Shown here in pieces: positions 50,621 through 60,708 of a stretch of DNA of 64,000 nucleotides; the stretch's first letter is position 1; the number at the start of each line of letters is the position of its first letter. The DNA is taken from the NCBI GenBank assembly GCA_963762565.1, contig CAVXLD010000001.1, forward strand, positions 608,001-672,000, in the 5' to 3' direction. Source of the DNA: an uncultured Verrucomicrobiae bacterium (lineage in GTDB: Bacteria > Verrucomicrobiota > Verrucomicrobiia > Chthoniobacterales > JAFAMB01). The notes under the pieces were generated by a model, which was not told the origin of the DNA, searched no databases, and saw only the letters and a program-made list of their open reading frames with translations. Made by a program: the position numbers and the translations under genes.

Positions 50621-50793
50621 GGCCTCGCAAGCCGAGGCGCGCTAGCTCGGCAACCCAGCTTCCGTCGCGCGAAGACTGCGCCCAATGCCGTACGCCTCAG
50701 ACGATACGCCTCACGCGTTGACCCGTCATCTTTAATTGAAACGATTTCATCGTTGCAGAGCCCTTTTTTTTGTGGAAGTGAAAATGCGGGAAC

Positions 50794-51090
50794 ATGGAAG
50801 CAAAACAAGAAAATCAAACTCAAACACCGGTTATCAGCACAGGACGGCGCAGAAGAAAAGATCCAGCGGAAAATCTGCTGACCCACCTGACTCACGATAT
50901 CGGAGGATTGCTTAAACTCTTGTGGTTTGCGGTTGGGTCGTTTGTGTCGTTCTTCGGAGCGGTAATGACGACCATGATACCGATGAACTCGAGCGTGCGC
51001 TACCTCTGGCTCGGTTTCTGCCTGGCTACAGCCGCGATCTCACTCGTCTTGATGGTCAAGGCGCTGTCTACACCGGTAGTGGAAGAATAA
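50794..51090 (+). CDS. small membrane protein (2 TM), hypothetical
   Basis: ATG start and two hydrophobic helices. Confidence 0.55.
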   Translation: MEAKQENQTQTPVISTGRRRRKDPAENLLTHLTHDIGGLLKLLWFAVGSFVSFFGAVMTTMIPMNSSVRYLWLGFCLATAAISLVLMVKALSTPVVEE

Positions 51091-51263
51091 ACCTGCTTCC
51101 CCCCAGAACTTCTTTTAGCGATTGGTGAGAAGTGATTGGTGATTCGGCGCCCAGCAATCGCTCGCCTGCGAAAATCCCGACACCCGCTCGGCTTCTAGTT
51201 TAGCCTCGGGCGAACTCAGTCGACTCGCTTGGAGAAGTCCGCGAGGAAGACGATAACTTCCGC

Positions 51264-51737
51264 ATGGAAAAATCGGCAGTTAAAATCCGCGAAGCCGAAG
51301 GCCGAGATGCGCCTGCAATTCATGAGCTGTATCGCCAACTAGTAAGGCCGGTTGCGCCGGAGGTTCAGGTTGATGTGCGCGCCGAACGTATCGAACAGAT
51401 CAAGAGTGATCCTCACAATTCTCTGTGGGTACTGGAGTGCGAAGCCGGCGTGGTTGGCACCGCATTTGTCACGCTTTGTCTGGACCCCATGCACAACCGG
51501 CAGCCTTACGCCGTATTAGAGAATTTTGTGATCGATGAACGATATCGTAACAGCGGGCATGGAGCCCGGCTCATGCGTCACGTCGTGGATTTCTGCCATC
51601 GGGCCGATTGCTCGAAAATCATGCTGCAAAGCCACGGGTCACGTTCACAAGCGCACGCTTTCTTCGAGGCCCAGGGATTCTCTGCGGCCAATAAGAAGGC
51701 ATTCGTGAAGTACCGGGGACATGGAGGTGAGAACTGA
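51264..51737 (+). CDS. GNAT N-acetyltransferase
   Basis: LENFVIDERYRNSGHG, C.KIML.S and AHAFFEAQGF motifs. Confidence 0.88.
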   Translation: MEKSAVKIREAEGRDAPAIHELYRQLVRPVAPEVQVDVRAERIEQIKSDPHNSLWVLECEAGVVGTAFVTLCLDPMHNRQPYAVLENFVIDERYRNSGHGARLMRHVVDFCHRADCSKIMLQSHGSRSQAHAFFEAQGFSAANKKAFVKYRGHGGEN

Positions 51738-51965
51738 TCGGTGATTGGTGATTGGTGATTGGTGGGCCGGGAGATCGTGGTCGGTCGGCAACCTTTCGCA
51801 AATGCTGGCGCGCCTTCAGCGCTCGTCGCCTTAATTCGACGTCCTAGGCCTCGCAGACTCAGCCTCCGGCGACCACTCAGCCCGGACGACCATAAGATAC
51901 CCCCTTGAAGGGTCTGCGGCATTATGCCAGTCTCTGCACTTATCTTTTCCTTTACAGAACAACGA

Positions 51966-52733
51966 ATGCGTCGCTGCATCCTTTTCCTTTTCGCTATTCT
52001 CCTTCTGGCTGGTTGCCAGCATCGTCATCGTCACGAAGGACAACAACCACAAGCACACGTGCCGGTAGGGCCGCGCCAGGTCACGATCCAGTTTCTGGGG
52101 CACGCCAGCTTCCTGATTACCTCGTCTCTCGGGATCAATATCCTGACCGATCCGTTCAATCCTTCAGTCTTACCCTATCCGGTTAAAGCCGGAGAAGTTC
52201 CTTCGGATATCACCTTGGTTACCCACGAAGACGAGACGGCAAACTTCACCGACATGGCATCAGGGTCGCCAGTGATTCTGCGAAGCTCGATGGCAAGCGG
52301 CGTTAATCGCGCTAACGGCGTTTTGATTCGAGGGGTCCGCACCAGTTCAGAGAATCCGTCGGCCGCCATTAAGCTGAATGTGGCTTACGTTTGGTCGATG
52401 GACGGGATTCGCCTCTGTGACCTGGGAGCAATCCAAGACGCCATCACGCCAACCGAGGCGATCAGCATTGGGCACGTGGATGTTTTGTTTTTACCAGTGG
52501 GCGGGCCACCAGAGTTTACGGACCAGATGCGCAAAACCACGGTCGACCGCCTGCAGCCGAAGGTCGTTATCCCGATGATGTATTCGACGGCTTTCTCCGG
52601 GAAGGTGCCTCTCCGCGGTTTGGGAGAGTGGTTGTCACGCCAGTCCCTTGTGCAACGAGTTCCTAACAAATTCACGATTGCGCCAAAAGATCTCCCGAAC
52701 GAGACCACCGTTTTTGTGCCGGCCGTACCTTAG
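51966..52733 (+). CDS. metallo-beta-lactamase-fold lipoprotein with degenerate metal site
   Basis: Lipobox LLLAGC; FLGHASFLI, ILTDPF, DVLFLPVGG and PKVVIPM motifs; HxHxDH replaced by THEDET. Confidence 0.7.
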   Translation: MRRCILFLFAILLLAGCQHRHRHEGQQPQAHVPVGPRQVTIQFLGHASFLITSSLGINILTDPFNPSVLPYPVKAGEVPSDITLVTHEDETANFTDMASGSPVILRSSMASGVNRANGVLIRGVRTSSENPSAAIKLNVAYVWSMDGIRLCDLGAIQDAITPTEAISIGHVDVLFLPVGGPPEFTDQMRKTTVDRLQPKVVIPMMYSTAFSGKVPLRGLGEWLSRQSLVQRVPNKFTIAPKDLPNETTVFVPAVP

Positions 52734-52736
52734 ACA

Positions 52737-53996
52737 ATGAAAGTCTTAGTTGTTGGGGCTGGAGGTCGTGAACACGCTCTCGCGTGGAAGCTCCACCAGT
52801 CCGAGAGTGTGACCGGAGTTTATGTCGCACCTGGAAACCCCGGCACAAAGGAACTCGCGACAGCCGTCCCTATCCCGGCGGATGATATCCCAAGACTCGT
52901 ACAGTTTGCGCGAGATACGGCCATCGATCTGACTGTGGTCGGCCCCGACAACCCACTGGCAAACGGGATCGTAGACCAATTTCAGCTAGCCGGTCTGAAG
53001 ATTTTCGGTCCGGCTAAAGCCGCAGCTCGGCTGGAATCATCGAAGAGCTTTGCCAAGGAATTCATGGCTCGCTATGGCATCGCAAGTCCGGGTTTTGCGG
53101 TTTGTGATTCGGTTAATCAAGCGATTCGGGCAGTGGAGCGTTTCGGCTTTCCTACGGTGATCAAAGCGGACGGACTGGCACTAGGCAAAGGGGTAGTTAT
53201 CGCCCACAACACACGAGAGGCGGAACAGGCCATCCATCGGATCATGGAAGAGCGGCTGTTCGGTGACGCGGGCAACCGGGTCGTGGTCGAGGAATTTCTG
53301 CAGGGAACCGAGTGTTCGATCCATGCGTTGGTGGATGGCCAAAATTATTGCTTGTTCCCCACAGCTCAGGACCATAAAGCGCTTTACGACGGCAACCATG
53401 GACCCAACACCGGCGGGATGGGAGCGTTTAGCCCTTCACAAAAGCTCTCGGCTAGCGACCTGACCCTCATTGAACGGGAAATACTTGAACCCTTCTTGCG
53501 CGGCATCCAGGCCGAGGGAATCCCTTACCAAGGTTTGCTATTCCCCGGGTTGATGCTGACGAAGCGAGGGCCGGCGGTACTGGAGTTTAATGCCCGATTC
53601 GGCGATCCAGAGACTCAGGCTCTTCTTCCAAGGCTCTCCAGCGACTTGGTCGAACTCTTGGAGGCTACAATCTCCGGCCGGTTGCGTGAGGTCACTCCAC
53701 GCTGGAGCCCGGCAGCCTCCGTCTGCGTAGTCTTGGCGTCCCGGGGTTACCCGGACCGGGCCGAGACCGGCAAGCCGATTGTAGGGTTGCCTGAAGTCTC
53801 TGCTTTGAAGGATGTGTTGGTCTTTCATGCCGGAACCCGAGTGCAAGAAGGTCGGATTGTTACTTCGGGCGGACGGGTACTGGGGATCACCGGGTTGGGA
53901 GATTCGGTTCTGAGCGCTCGCCGTAAGGCCTACGATGCCGTTGGCATGATTGAATTCGACGGATGCTATTTCCGGCGGGACATTGGGGAAAGGTGA
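52737..53996 (+). CDS. purD: phosphoribosylamine-glycine ligase
   Basis: GGREHALAW, KADGLALGKGV, QDHK...GPNTGGMGA, EFNARFGDPE and GGRVL motifs. Confidence 0.98.
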   Translation: MKVLVVGAGGREHALAWKLHQSESVTGVYVAPGNPGTKELATAVPIPADDIPRLVQFARDTAIDLTVVGPDNPLANGIVDQFQLAGLKIFGPAKAAARLESSKSFAKEFMARYGIASPGFAVCDSVNQAIRAVERFGFPTVIKADGLALGKGVVIAHNTREAEQAIHRIMEERLFGDAGNRVVVEEFLQGTECSIHALVDGQNYCLFPTAQDHKALYDGNHGPNTGGMGAFSPSQKLSASDLTLIEREILEPFLRGIQAEGIPYQGLLFPGLMLTKRGPAVLEFNARFGDPETQALLPRLSSDLVELLEATISGRLREVTPRWSPAASVCVVLASRGYPDRAETGKPIVGLPEVSALKDVLVFHAGTRVQEGRIVTSGGRVLGITGLGDSVLSARRKAYDAVGMIEFDGCYFRRDIGER

Positions 53997-54093
53997 GGCC
54001 AAATCGTGGGCGGCGGGAGGCTCAGCCACGAAAAACAGGTCCCCGTTGGACTAAGAGCAAAATGCGGTTATTGCTTCCTACAATCCAAAAGAG

Positions 54094-55170
54094 ATGAAGT
54101 ACGCGTCCGTCGTTTCTGTATTGCTAGCAGGATTATGCTCCACAGCCCTGGCAGTTGAAAATCCCTCACCCAAGCCGACCGCCTCTCCGGCAAGCTCCGC
54201 TCAACCCGGTTCGTCCCACTTGATCGATCAGCTGGATCTTAACCAGCTAAAAGAGGTCCTCGACAACTTGCGCGAGAATTACGTCGATTCGCGAGCGCTA
54301 ACGAATGACGAACTAAATCAGGCGGCCATCAAAGGATTACTGGCAAAGTTGGGCCCGGGCGTTCGTTTGCAGACCCGCTCCGAGTTCGAACGAGCCATCC
54401 CCGTGCGCCCGTTTCGCTACGAGGTCGTGTCAAATCGGTTCAGCTATATACGGCTGGGAACGTTGAAGGATAACACTTTGACCCAACTGGATAACGCACT
54501 CGGTGAATCACGGTCTAGGAACGTGGAAGGTTTGGTTGTCGATCTACGGACGGTTTCTGAAGATTCCGACTACGATTTGGCCAACAGCATCATCAGCCGA
54601 TTTGTTGGCAATGGTGAACCAACCTTCGAGCTCACAACAAAGGGAACGGCCGAACCAAAAAAGTATGCGAGCAAATCAACGCCTCTTTACCAGGGACCGA
54701 TCGCGGTACTAGTTGACCGGCAAACTGCCGGCGCAGCCGAGGTCATCGCTGGCGTCCTAAAAACGAAGGACCGGGCCTTGCTGATCGGCCAGACTACGGC
54801 AGGTCGGGCTGTAAAATACAAGACCGAGCCCTTAGGCAATCTGCTGGTTTCAGTAGCGGAAAGCGAAGTTCAGATTGCGGGTCTGCCATTGATTTTTCCA
54901 GGGGGACTGGCCCCGGATATTATGGTGAATGTGGCCCAAGACGCAGAAAATCAAGTCCTGGCCGACAGCGATTCCGGGCCTCTTGATCCATTCATCACGG
55001 ATGAAGAACGGCCGGGTTTAAATGAAGCGGCTTTGGTCAACGGCACCAATCCGGAACTCGATGCCTACGAAGAACAGGAATCCGGCAAGACCCCCAAGCC
55101 CCAGTTGAAGGACGAGTGCCTGCAACACGCGATCGATTTTTTGATTACGCTGAGTCTGTATAAGAAGTGA
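54094..55170 (+). CDS. S41 peptidase-like exported protein, no PDZ, catalytic residues altered
   Basis: LRENYVD, YIRL, LVVDLR, VLVDRQTAGAAEVIA, IGQTTAGR, G..PDI and D..L..AID follow the CtpA layout. Confidence 0.7.
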   Translation: MKYASVVSVLLAGLCSTALAVENPSPKPTASPASSAQPGSSHLIDQLDLNQLKEVLDNLRENYVDSRALTNDELNQAAIKGLLAKLGPGVRLQTRSEFERAIPVRPFRYEVVSNRFSYIRLGTLKDNTLTQLDNALGESRSRNVEGLVVDLRTVSEDSDYDLANSIISRFVGNGEPTFELTTKGTAEPKKYASKSTPLYQGPIAVLVDRQTAGAAEVIAGVLKTKDRALLIGQTTAGRAVKYKTEPLGNLLVSVAESEVQIAGLPLIFPGGLAPDIMVNVAQDAENQVLADSDSGPLDPFITDEERPGLNEAALVNGTNPELDAYEEQESGKTPKPQLKDECLQHAIDFLITLSLYKK

Positions 55171-55590
55171 GAAGTGATTGGTGAGAAGTGATTGGTGAGA
55201 AGTGATTGGGTGGAAGGTCGTGGAGCATGGTAAGGGGATGGGCCATTGCAACACCTAACGCCCGGCCACGACCCATTTCGGAGGGGAGCCGCATTAGAAA
55301 CGCCGCGGCCTAGGATCGAGATAGGCCCATTGCGAGCCAGACGACAACACATGTGCATCCGCGGCTCCCTGCGCGCGTGAAACGGTCCAGATTGTTTCGA
55401 CCCCAGCGTGTTGAGCAGGCGTTGGGTCCCCGGGGCGTCTCGTCTATCCCAACGCTGCAGCTGCAACGATTTACAGGCGTCGACCACCGTCCAGTCCGCC
55501 TCCGCCAGGCCTACGGCGCGACAAGGCTGCAACCCGGAATGCAACGCCCCTCCGTTCCAGGACGTGGTCGCCAATCCGACCAGTTACAAT

Positions 55591-56541
55591 CTAAACCTGC
55601 ACCCGCAGTAATATCTTATCGCAGCCGGGCACCGCGGCGATCAGGAGCGAGAGTAGCATTAGCCAATAGACTCGGCCTCGAGAGACCTTTATCTTTCGTT
55701 CGGGCGAAGGGATGTTTTTCATTTTGCCCAACGTTTCTATGCCGATCAGGACGGGCAACGCGCATGCGAACCGCACCCTGATTGGGCGGATCGCTCGCAC
55801 GTATTGGGCGCCGGATTCAAGGTAACGCTGAGCGACGGAGCGCCATTCTTGAAAGATTGGTCCGACCAGGTTGGGATCTTCGGACAGGGCACCTTTAACT
55901 GGGAGATAGGAACGTCCGAGCCGCAGGTCCTGCGGGTAATCGCGCAGGATATTAACAAGCTGCAGCCCTTTGCCATACTGCGTCCCGAGGAGGATGATTT
56001 TTTCCGCGGACGTCCGCGAATATCGGGTCCAGGCGCGTAAACAAAGCTTGGTCCAAAACTCGCCGACTGAGCCGGCCACAAGGTAAATGTACTCCTCAAG
56101 CTCTTCCGGCGACCGCAGCGCGCGCAATGACGACGCAAGCTCGAAGCGCTCGATATCCAGGATCTGTCCGCGCATGATACTTCTGAGGACTTCGAGGAGC
56201 AGGCCTTGATCAATTTCTGGCAGCCGGCTAGCACAAGCCAAGATCTTGTCGAGTCGCTCGAGCAATATCCGTTCAGCACCATCCCGTTGCTGCTGAGCGC
56301 ATTCTTTCAGCCCGCGCTGCAAACTCCCGTCCATGGTGAAAAGTTGTGCTCGTAACTGGTTGAGGATTTGTAAGCGATCACCGGCCGCAAGCGAGTTGGC
56401 ATCAGCAATGGTGTCACTGGCTCTGGCCAACAAATATCCCAAAGCAATGGCCGGCCGGATGCGGCTCGGGAGAAAACGAACACTGAGGTAGAACGAACGT
56501 GAAACGCCCTTAAGTATTTGCCAGAGTTCGGGATCGATCAT
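55591..56541 (-). CDS. squalene/phytoene synthase family protein
   Basis: VSRSFYLS, YLLARASDTIAD, Y.YLVAGSVGEFWT and GKGLQLVNILRD motifs. Confidence 0.9.
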   Translation of the reverse strand: MIDPELWQILKGVSRSFYLSVRFLPSRIRPAIALGYLLARASDTIADANSLAAGDRLQILNQLRAQLFTMDGSLQRGLKECAQQQRDGAERILLERLDKILACASRLPEIDQGLLLEVLRSIMRGQILDIERFELASSLRALRSPEELEEYIYLVAGSVGEFWTKLCLRAWTRYSRTSAEKIILLGTQYGKGLQLVNILRDYPQDLRLGRSYLPVKGALSEDPNLVGPIFQEWRSVAQRYLESGAQYVRAIRPIRVRFACALPVLIGIETLGKMKNIPSPERKIKVSRGRVYWLMLLSLLIAAVPGCDKILLRVQV

Positions 56542-56574
56542 TTTTCACAGCAAGGCCGCAGCCGAATCAAAAAA

Positions 56575-56885
56575 CAACCGCGAATGGACACGAATTGACG
56601 CGAACAGCCGGAAAGAAAAAACCGAACCGCAGATGGACGCAGATTTACGCAGATAATTCGGCTTCGATTACGGTTCATTCAAAGGCTGCCAACGTTAGGT
56701 TTCAGGATGGCGCTCATTACTTTTGCCGCCCAAGCAGTTGAGCGCTCACACAGTCTAACGCCCAAAACTCGCAAACTCCTCTGAACCGAACGAAGCACCA
56801 GCACCGTCTCTGCGTAAATCTGCGTCCATCTGCGGTTGGTTGTTTTGAGGCTTTTATTCGGTCAATTCGCGTCCATTCGCGGTTG
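56575..56885. repeat. nested inverted 9-mer-arm element (CGAAT outer, CAGAT inner)
   Basis: Perfect 29-bp IR 56625-56653 / 56809-56837 inside near-perfect IR 56575-56604 / 56857-56885. Confidence 0.88.
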
Positions 56886-56891
56886 GAATCC

Positions 56892-57992
56892 TCACCTCAC
56901 GTCTCGAATTTCGATGCGCCCGAGCTCTGCATTGCCCAATTGCATGGAGCCAGCCGTCTCAACGTACTTCGCCGTTTTTGAGACCGGATCCATTTTGGCG
57001 TCGACTCGCCATTTATCGAGTTGTTTACACGCCACCTCGTCAATGGCGACCGGATCCTTGCTGGCGTAAATGGTTCCGAAGTGGATAGCATAGTTAGCGT
57101 CACCGAAGGGCGCACCGGCATAGAGCGCCACTAAACCGTCCATGATAGTGATCACTACCTTCTGACTGATCCTCGGGTCGGCGTACATTTCCGGGATCGA
57201 TGGATCTCCTGAGTCTGGCGGCTCGACCAGACGGCGCCAATTGTCGACGTTCTGCACGGTCATGTTGAAGAGCGCCCCCGAGAGACCGCAATAGATATTG
57301 TCGGCCAGGACCGGGACATTGACGACTTTGGTCACTACTTTCGTCAGCACTTTGCTCACATGACTTTCGTTACTGATGTTGATCGGCACCCCCTTTTTAC
57401 GATCGCTCTCAAGTTTGAGTTCGTCTTTAAGATCGGGAAGATTCTTTCCCACAAAAAACAAATCACCATAGATCAATTGCCCGGCCAACGGAGAACTGAT
57501 GGCAACCTGAGGATCGTAATTCCATTCCGACCAAAGGACGCGATAATCACCCACGCGTGAATGGAAGCCGGCCGTCTTGAGGAATCCTTCCTCTCGATCC
57601 CAAACCACGATATTATCGGCCGGCACTCCGGCTTCTCGAAGACCGTTGGCGATTGCCTGAACTACTGCCGGCCGGGTACTGAAAAGCGGCGCTCCATTGG
57701 TACAAACCTTGATGCCGACGATATCGCTTGGCTTTACCAGAGAGGACCAGGCGCCAGCCACACTGCCTTCGCCGGTCACGGACATGATCACGTCGTTCAC
57801 CATTCTGGCGACAACAGAGTTATTGGTCTTATAATCGAAGATCGCGTCCGAATTTTCGGTCCGAACGACGATGGAACGGGCCGGCAGCGGTGTCGGGTTC
57901 GGCACAGGCGCCGCTGGCGCCGGTTTCTCCGCGCCCCAACACAACGTTGTCGCAAAAACGACGGTTAAGGATACCTTGACGAGCACGGACAA
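56892..57992 (-). CDS. DUF362 family exported protein
   Basis: Signal peptide; D.VGIKV, VVWDR, VNVPVL, I.DGLVALYAGAP and S.DPVAID motifs. Confidence 0.7.
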   Translation of the reverse strand: MSVLVKVSLTVVFATTLCWGAEKPAPAAPVPNPTPLPARSIVVRTENSDAIFDYKTNNSVVARMVNDVIMSVTGEGSVAGAWSSLVKPSDIVGIKVCTNGAPLFSTRPAVVQAIANGLREAGVPADNIVVWDREEGFLKTAGFHSRVGDYRVLWSEWNYDPQVAISSPLAGQLIYGDLFFVGKNLPDLKDELKLESDRKKGVPINISNESHVSKVLTKVVTKVVNVPVLADNIYCGLSGALFNMTVQNVDNWRRLVEPPDSGDPSIPEMYADPRISQKVVITIMDGLVALYAGAPFGDANYAIHFGTIYASKDPVAIDEVACKQLDKWRVDAKMDPVSKTAKYVETAGSMQLGNAELGRIEIRDVR

Positions 57993-58130
57993 GTTATAGG
58001 TTATACGTTTTATGTTTTACGTTTTAAGTTTTAGGTTTGTACCTCGCAGCCACGATGTTTGGCACGGGCTTTCGCCAGCCTTGGACCTATAACGTAAAAC
58101 CTAAAACGTAAAACTTATAACTTAAAACCA

Positions 58131-59228
58131 GTGCCAGTAAGACATCTTTACGTTCACATTCCGTTTTGTCCGAAGGTATGCCCGTATTGCAGTTTCTATA
58201 AGGAGGCCTCGGACCGAAACAAAACTCAAGCGTTCCTCGATGCAGTCTTACTGGAGTTGGATAGATTCGGACCCGACCGGGTTCAACCGGAGACCATTTT
58301 TTTCGGGGGCGGAACGCCATCAGCATTGTCGCCCCGGCAACTTAGTTATTTGATCGGCGGTCTGCGGGACCGTCTTGATCTGAGCATTTTACGCGAATGG
58401 ACGCTCGAAATGAATCCAGCCACCGTCTCGGAGGAGAAAGGAGAACTCCTGTTATCTCTTGGTGTTAATCGGATCAGCATGGGAGTACAGGCCTGGCAAA
58501 GCGATTTATTGGACCGGCTTGGGCGCGTCCATTCGGCAGCTCAAGCGCTCCGGTCGTACCAGATTCTGCGCCGGGCCGGCTTCAAAAGAATCAATCTAGA
58601 CCTGATTTTCGGTATCCCAGGACAAACGCCCGCTCAGTGGGAGGAAACGCTTCTACGGACGATCAATCTTAGCCCGGAGCATATCTCGGCCTATTGCTTA
58701 ACCTACGAAGAAGACACTGAGTTCTTCCGGCAGCTCGCTATTGGTCACCTTTCTCAGAACGAACTCCAAGATGCGGAACTGTTCGAAATGACGATGGATA
58801 CCCTGGCCCGCTACGGCTATTGGCAATACGAGATCTCGAATTACGCTTTGCCGGGCGAGGAATGCTTGCACAATCTGGCGTATTGGAGTGGCAAGGAGTA
58901 TCTCGGACTCGGCCCCTCGGCGTTCTCTACTGTTTCCGGACGTCGCTGGCAGAATATTCCAAACACCAGCAGTTATGTTGATCAAATCGAGCGGGCCGGG
59001 AATGCCCACGCATTTTCTGAGTCATTAAGTTCGGAGACACAGCTTGCGGAGAAGATCGTGTTCGGCCTGAGAATGAATCGTGGAATCGCTGAGGAACTGG
59101 TGATGCCTTGGTCAGGCAATATTCAGGACCTTGAGAGCGCCGGATATCTGGAACGCCAGGCAGGCACTATCAGCCTGAGCCGTTCCGGCCGGATGGTGGC
59201 CGATGCGATCGGCGAACTGTTTGTATGA
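58131..59228 (+). CDS. hemW: radical SAM heme chaperone
   Basis: YVHIPFCPKVCPYC, FGGGTPS, YEISNY and HNLAYW motifs. Confidence 0.9.
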   Translation: MPVRHLYVHIPFCPKVCPYCSFYKEASDRNKTQAFLDAVLLELDRFGPDRVQPETIFFGGGTPSALSPRQLSYLIGGLRDRLDLSILREWTLEMNPATVSEEKGELLLSLGVNRISMGVQAWQSDLLDRLGRVHSAAQALRSYQILRRAGFKRINLDLIFGIPGQTPAQWEETLLRTINLSPEHISAYCLTYEEDTEFFRQLAIGHLSQNELQDAELFEMTMDTLARYGYWQYEISNYALPGEECLHNLAYWSGKEYLGLGPSAFSTVSGRRWQNIPNTSSYVDQIERAGNAHAFSESLSSETQLAEKIVFGLRMNRGIAEELVMPWSGNIQDLESAGYLERQAGTISLSRSGRMVADAIGELFV

Positions 59229-60277
59229 AGGATTGGGATGTTACGGTGATAGGTGGTGGACCAGCCGGCTCTACCGTCGCCGCCTTAACCGCCAAAGCCG
59301 GCCTCAAAACTTTGTTGATCGATCGGGCTGTGTTTCCAAGGGAAAAGGTCTGCGGAGACTGTCTTAATCCGGGTTGCTGGGAGGTATTTGATCGGCTTGG
59401 CGTCGCCACAGAGATCGCAGGACTGCCTTCCGCACGCCTGGAATGGGTAGCCTTCACCAATCTTCGCGGCCGCCGGGTCGAACATCGGTTCCCGAACGCC
59501 GGTCCGCCAGAGACGGGTATCCGGCGAAGCGTGCTTGATCATGCGCTTCTTAAGAACGCCGAGAAAGCAGGTGCAGAAATTTGGCAGGGCGAACCCGTCA
59601 CCGGCGTCGAACGACGATGGCTAGTCAAGACCGGTCGCCGGCAGATCAGGACAAAATTTTTGGTGGCCGCTGACGGGAGAAATTCGTCCGTAGCCCGATT
59701 TCTGGGCGTTTTTCCTAAGACTCGAACCGACCGGGTTGCGCACCAGACTTATTTTTCGGCTGATCGGCCCATGCATATCGCTTTGGAGCTCAATTCTCTC
59801 GGCTATATGGGTATAGGCACGGTCGGACGAGGCGCTGTTAATCTGTGCATTGTGGCGAGGCCGAAGCGGATCGAGGAACTCCGCTTACGGATATCGCGGC
59901 GCTTCGGGTTAGCGCCCGACCACCGTTGGAACACAGTCGCACCCCTTTCCCGCCGGCCGGTCGAGACCGATGACCCCACTCTCTTTTACGTCGGGGATGC
60001 TGCTCGTGTGGTCGAACCGTTCACGGGCGAAGGGATTTTTTATGCACTGAAGTCGGGATTGCTGGCGGCCGAATCGATCGTCGAATCTAATAGGAAGGGT
60101 CCCCAATTCCAGCATTGTTACGCCGAGCGCCATAGGCAGCTGTACACGGGACGGTTATGGATTAACCAATTGGCGCGTCTATCGGTCTTGCATCCGGGTA
60201 TCAGTAGCACCTGTCTGGAATTATTGCGGTTTTGGCCTTGGCCGCTGGATCACCTCACGCGACGAGTGGTGGGGTGA
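59225..60277 (+). CDS. FAD-dependent oxidoreductase (geranylgeranyl reductase-like)
   Basis: GGGPAG, FPREKVCG, ADG and VGDAA..VEPFTGEGI motifs. Confidence 0.85.
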   Translation: MKDWDVTVIGGGPAGSTVAALTAKAGLKTLLIDRAVFPREKVCGDCLNPGCWEVFDRLGVATEIAGLPSARLEWVAFTNLRGRRVEHRFPNAGPPETGIRRSVLDHALLKNAEKAGAEIWQGEPVTGVERRWLVKTGRRQIRTKFLVAADGRNSSVARFLGVFPKTRTDRVAHQTYFSADRPMHIALELNSLGYMGIGTVGRGAVNLCIVARPKRIEELRLRISRRFGLAPDHRWNTVAPLSRRPVETDDPTLFYVGDAARVVEPFTGEGIFYALKSGLLAAESIVESNRKGPQFQHCYAERHRQLYTGRLWINQLARLSVLHPGISSTCLELLRFWPWPLDHLTRRVVG

Positions 60278-60701
60278 TTGGTGATTGGTGATTGGTGATT
60301 GGTGGTGGTTGTTGAAAGGTGATTGGCGCGGCGACTTCTCTAGTTTGGTGGGGCGAGGCTCCGGAAAGACCTGCGGCGATTCGCGAAGGTATCGGTCTTT
60401 CGGCGTTCTATAGTGTGCGATCCCTTGGCGCGCGCCGAGCCGGACCCAAGGCGTGCCATTCAAATGCGCGGTTCGGTATGTCCAACCGACCCGAGCTTCT
60501 CGAGGACGAGGACGAGAACAAAATGTCTTGGGACATGGTTCGCGCTGGGCCCGGCTCGGCGCGCGATATGGTGCAGCAGACGAAGGAACAGCGGAAACTT
60601 ACGATGCTTCGCGAAATCGACCCGCTCTTTCGGGAGCCTCGCCCCACCAAAAGAAAAAGGGCTGTCGCCCTACCAATCACGAATCACCAATCACCAATCA
60701 C
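60272..60701. repeat. REP-pair element (26-bp IR) bracketed by inverted GGTGATT/AATCACC heptamer runs
   Basis: tttggtggggcgaggctccggaaaga (60344-60369) vs 60626-60651, 1 mismatch; lies between convergent genes. Confidence 0.75.
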
Positions 60702-60708
60702 CTTTCTC

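Noticed and set aside
55255..55590. Small ORFs or ncRNA between the S41-like gene and the squalene synthase
   Set aside because: Patchwork of partial repeat arms; no convincing coding or RNA-family signal.
58059..58075. sigma54 promoter TTGGCACGGGCTTTCGC before hemW
   Set aside because: GG-to-GC spacing is 11, not the required 10.
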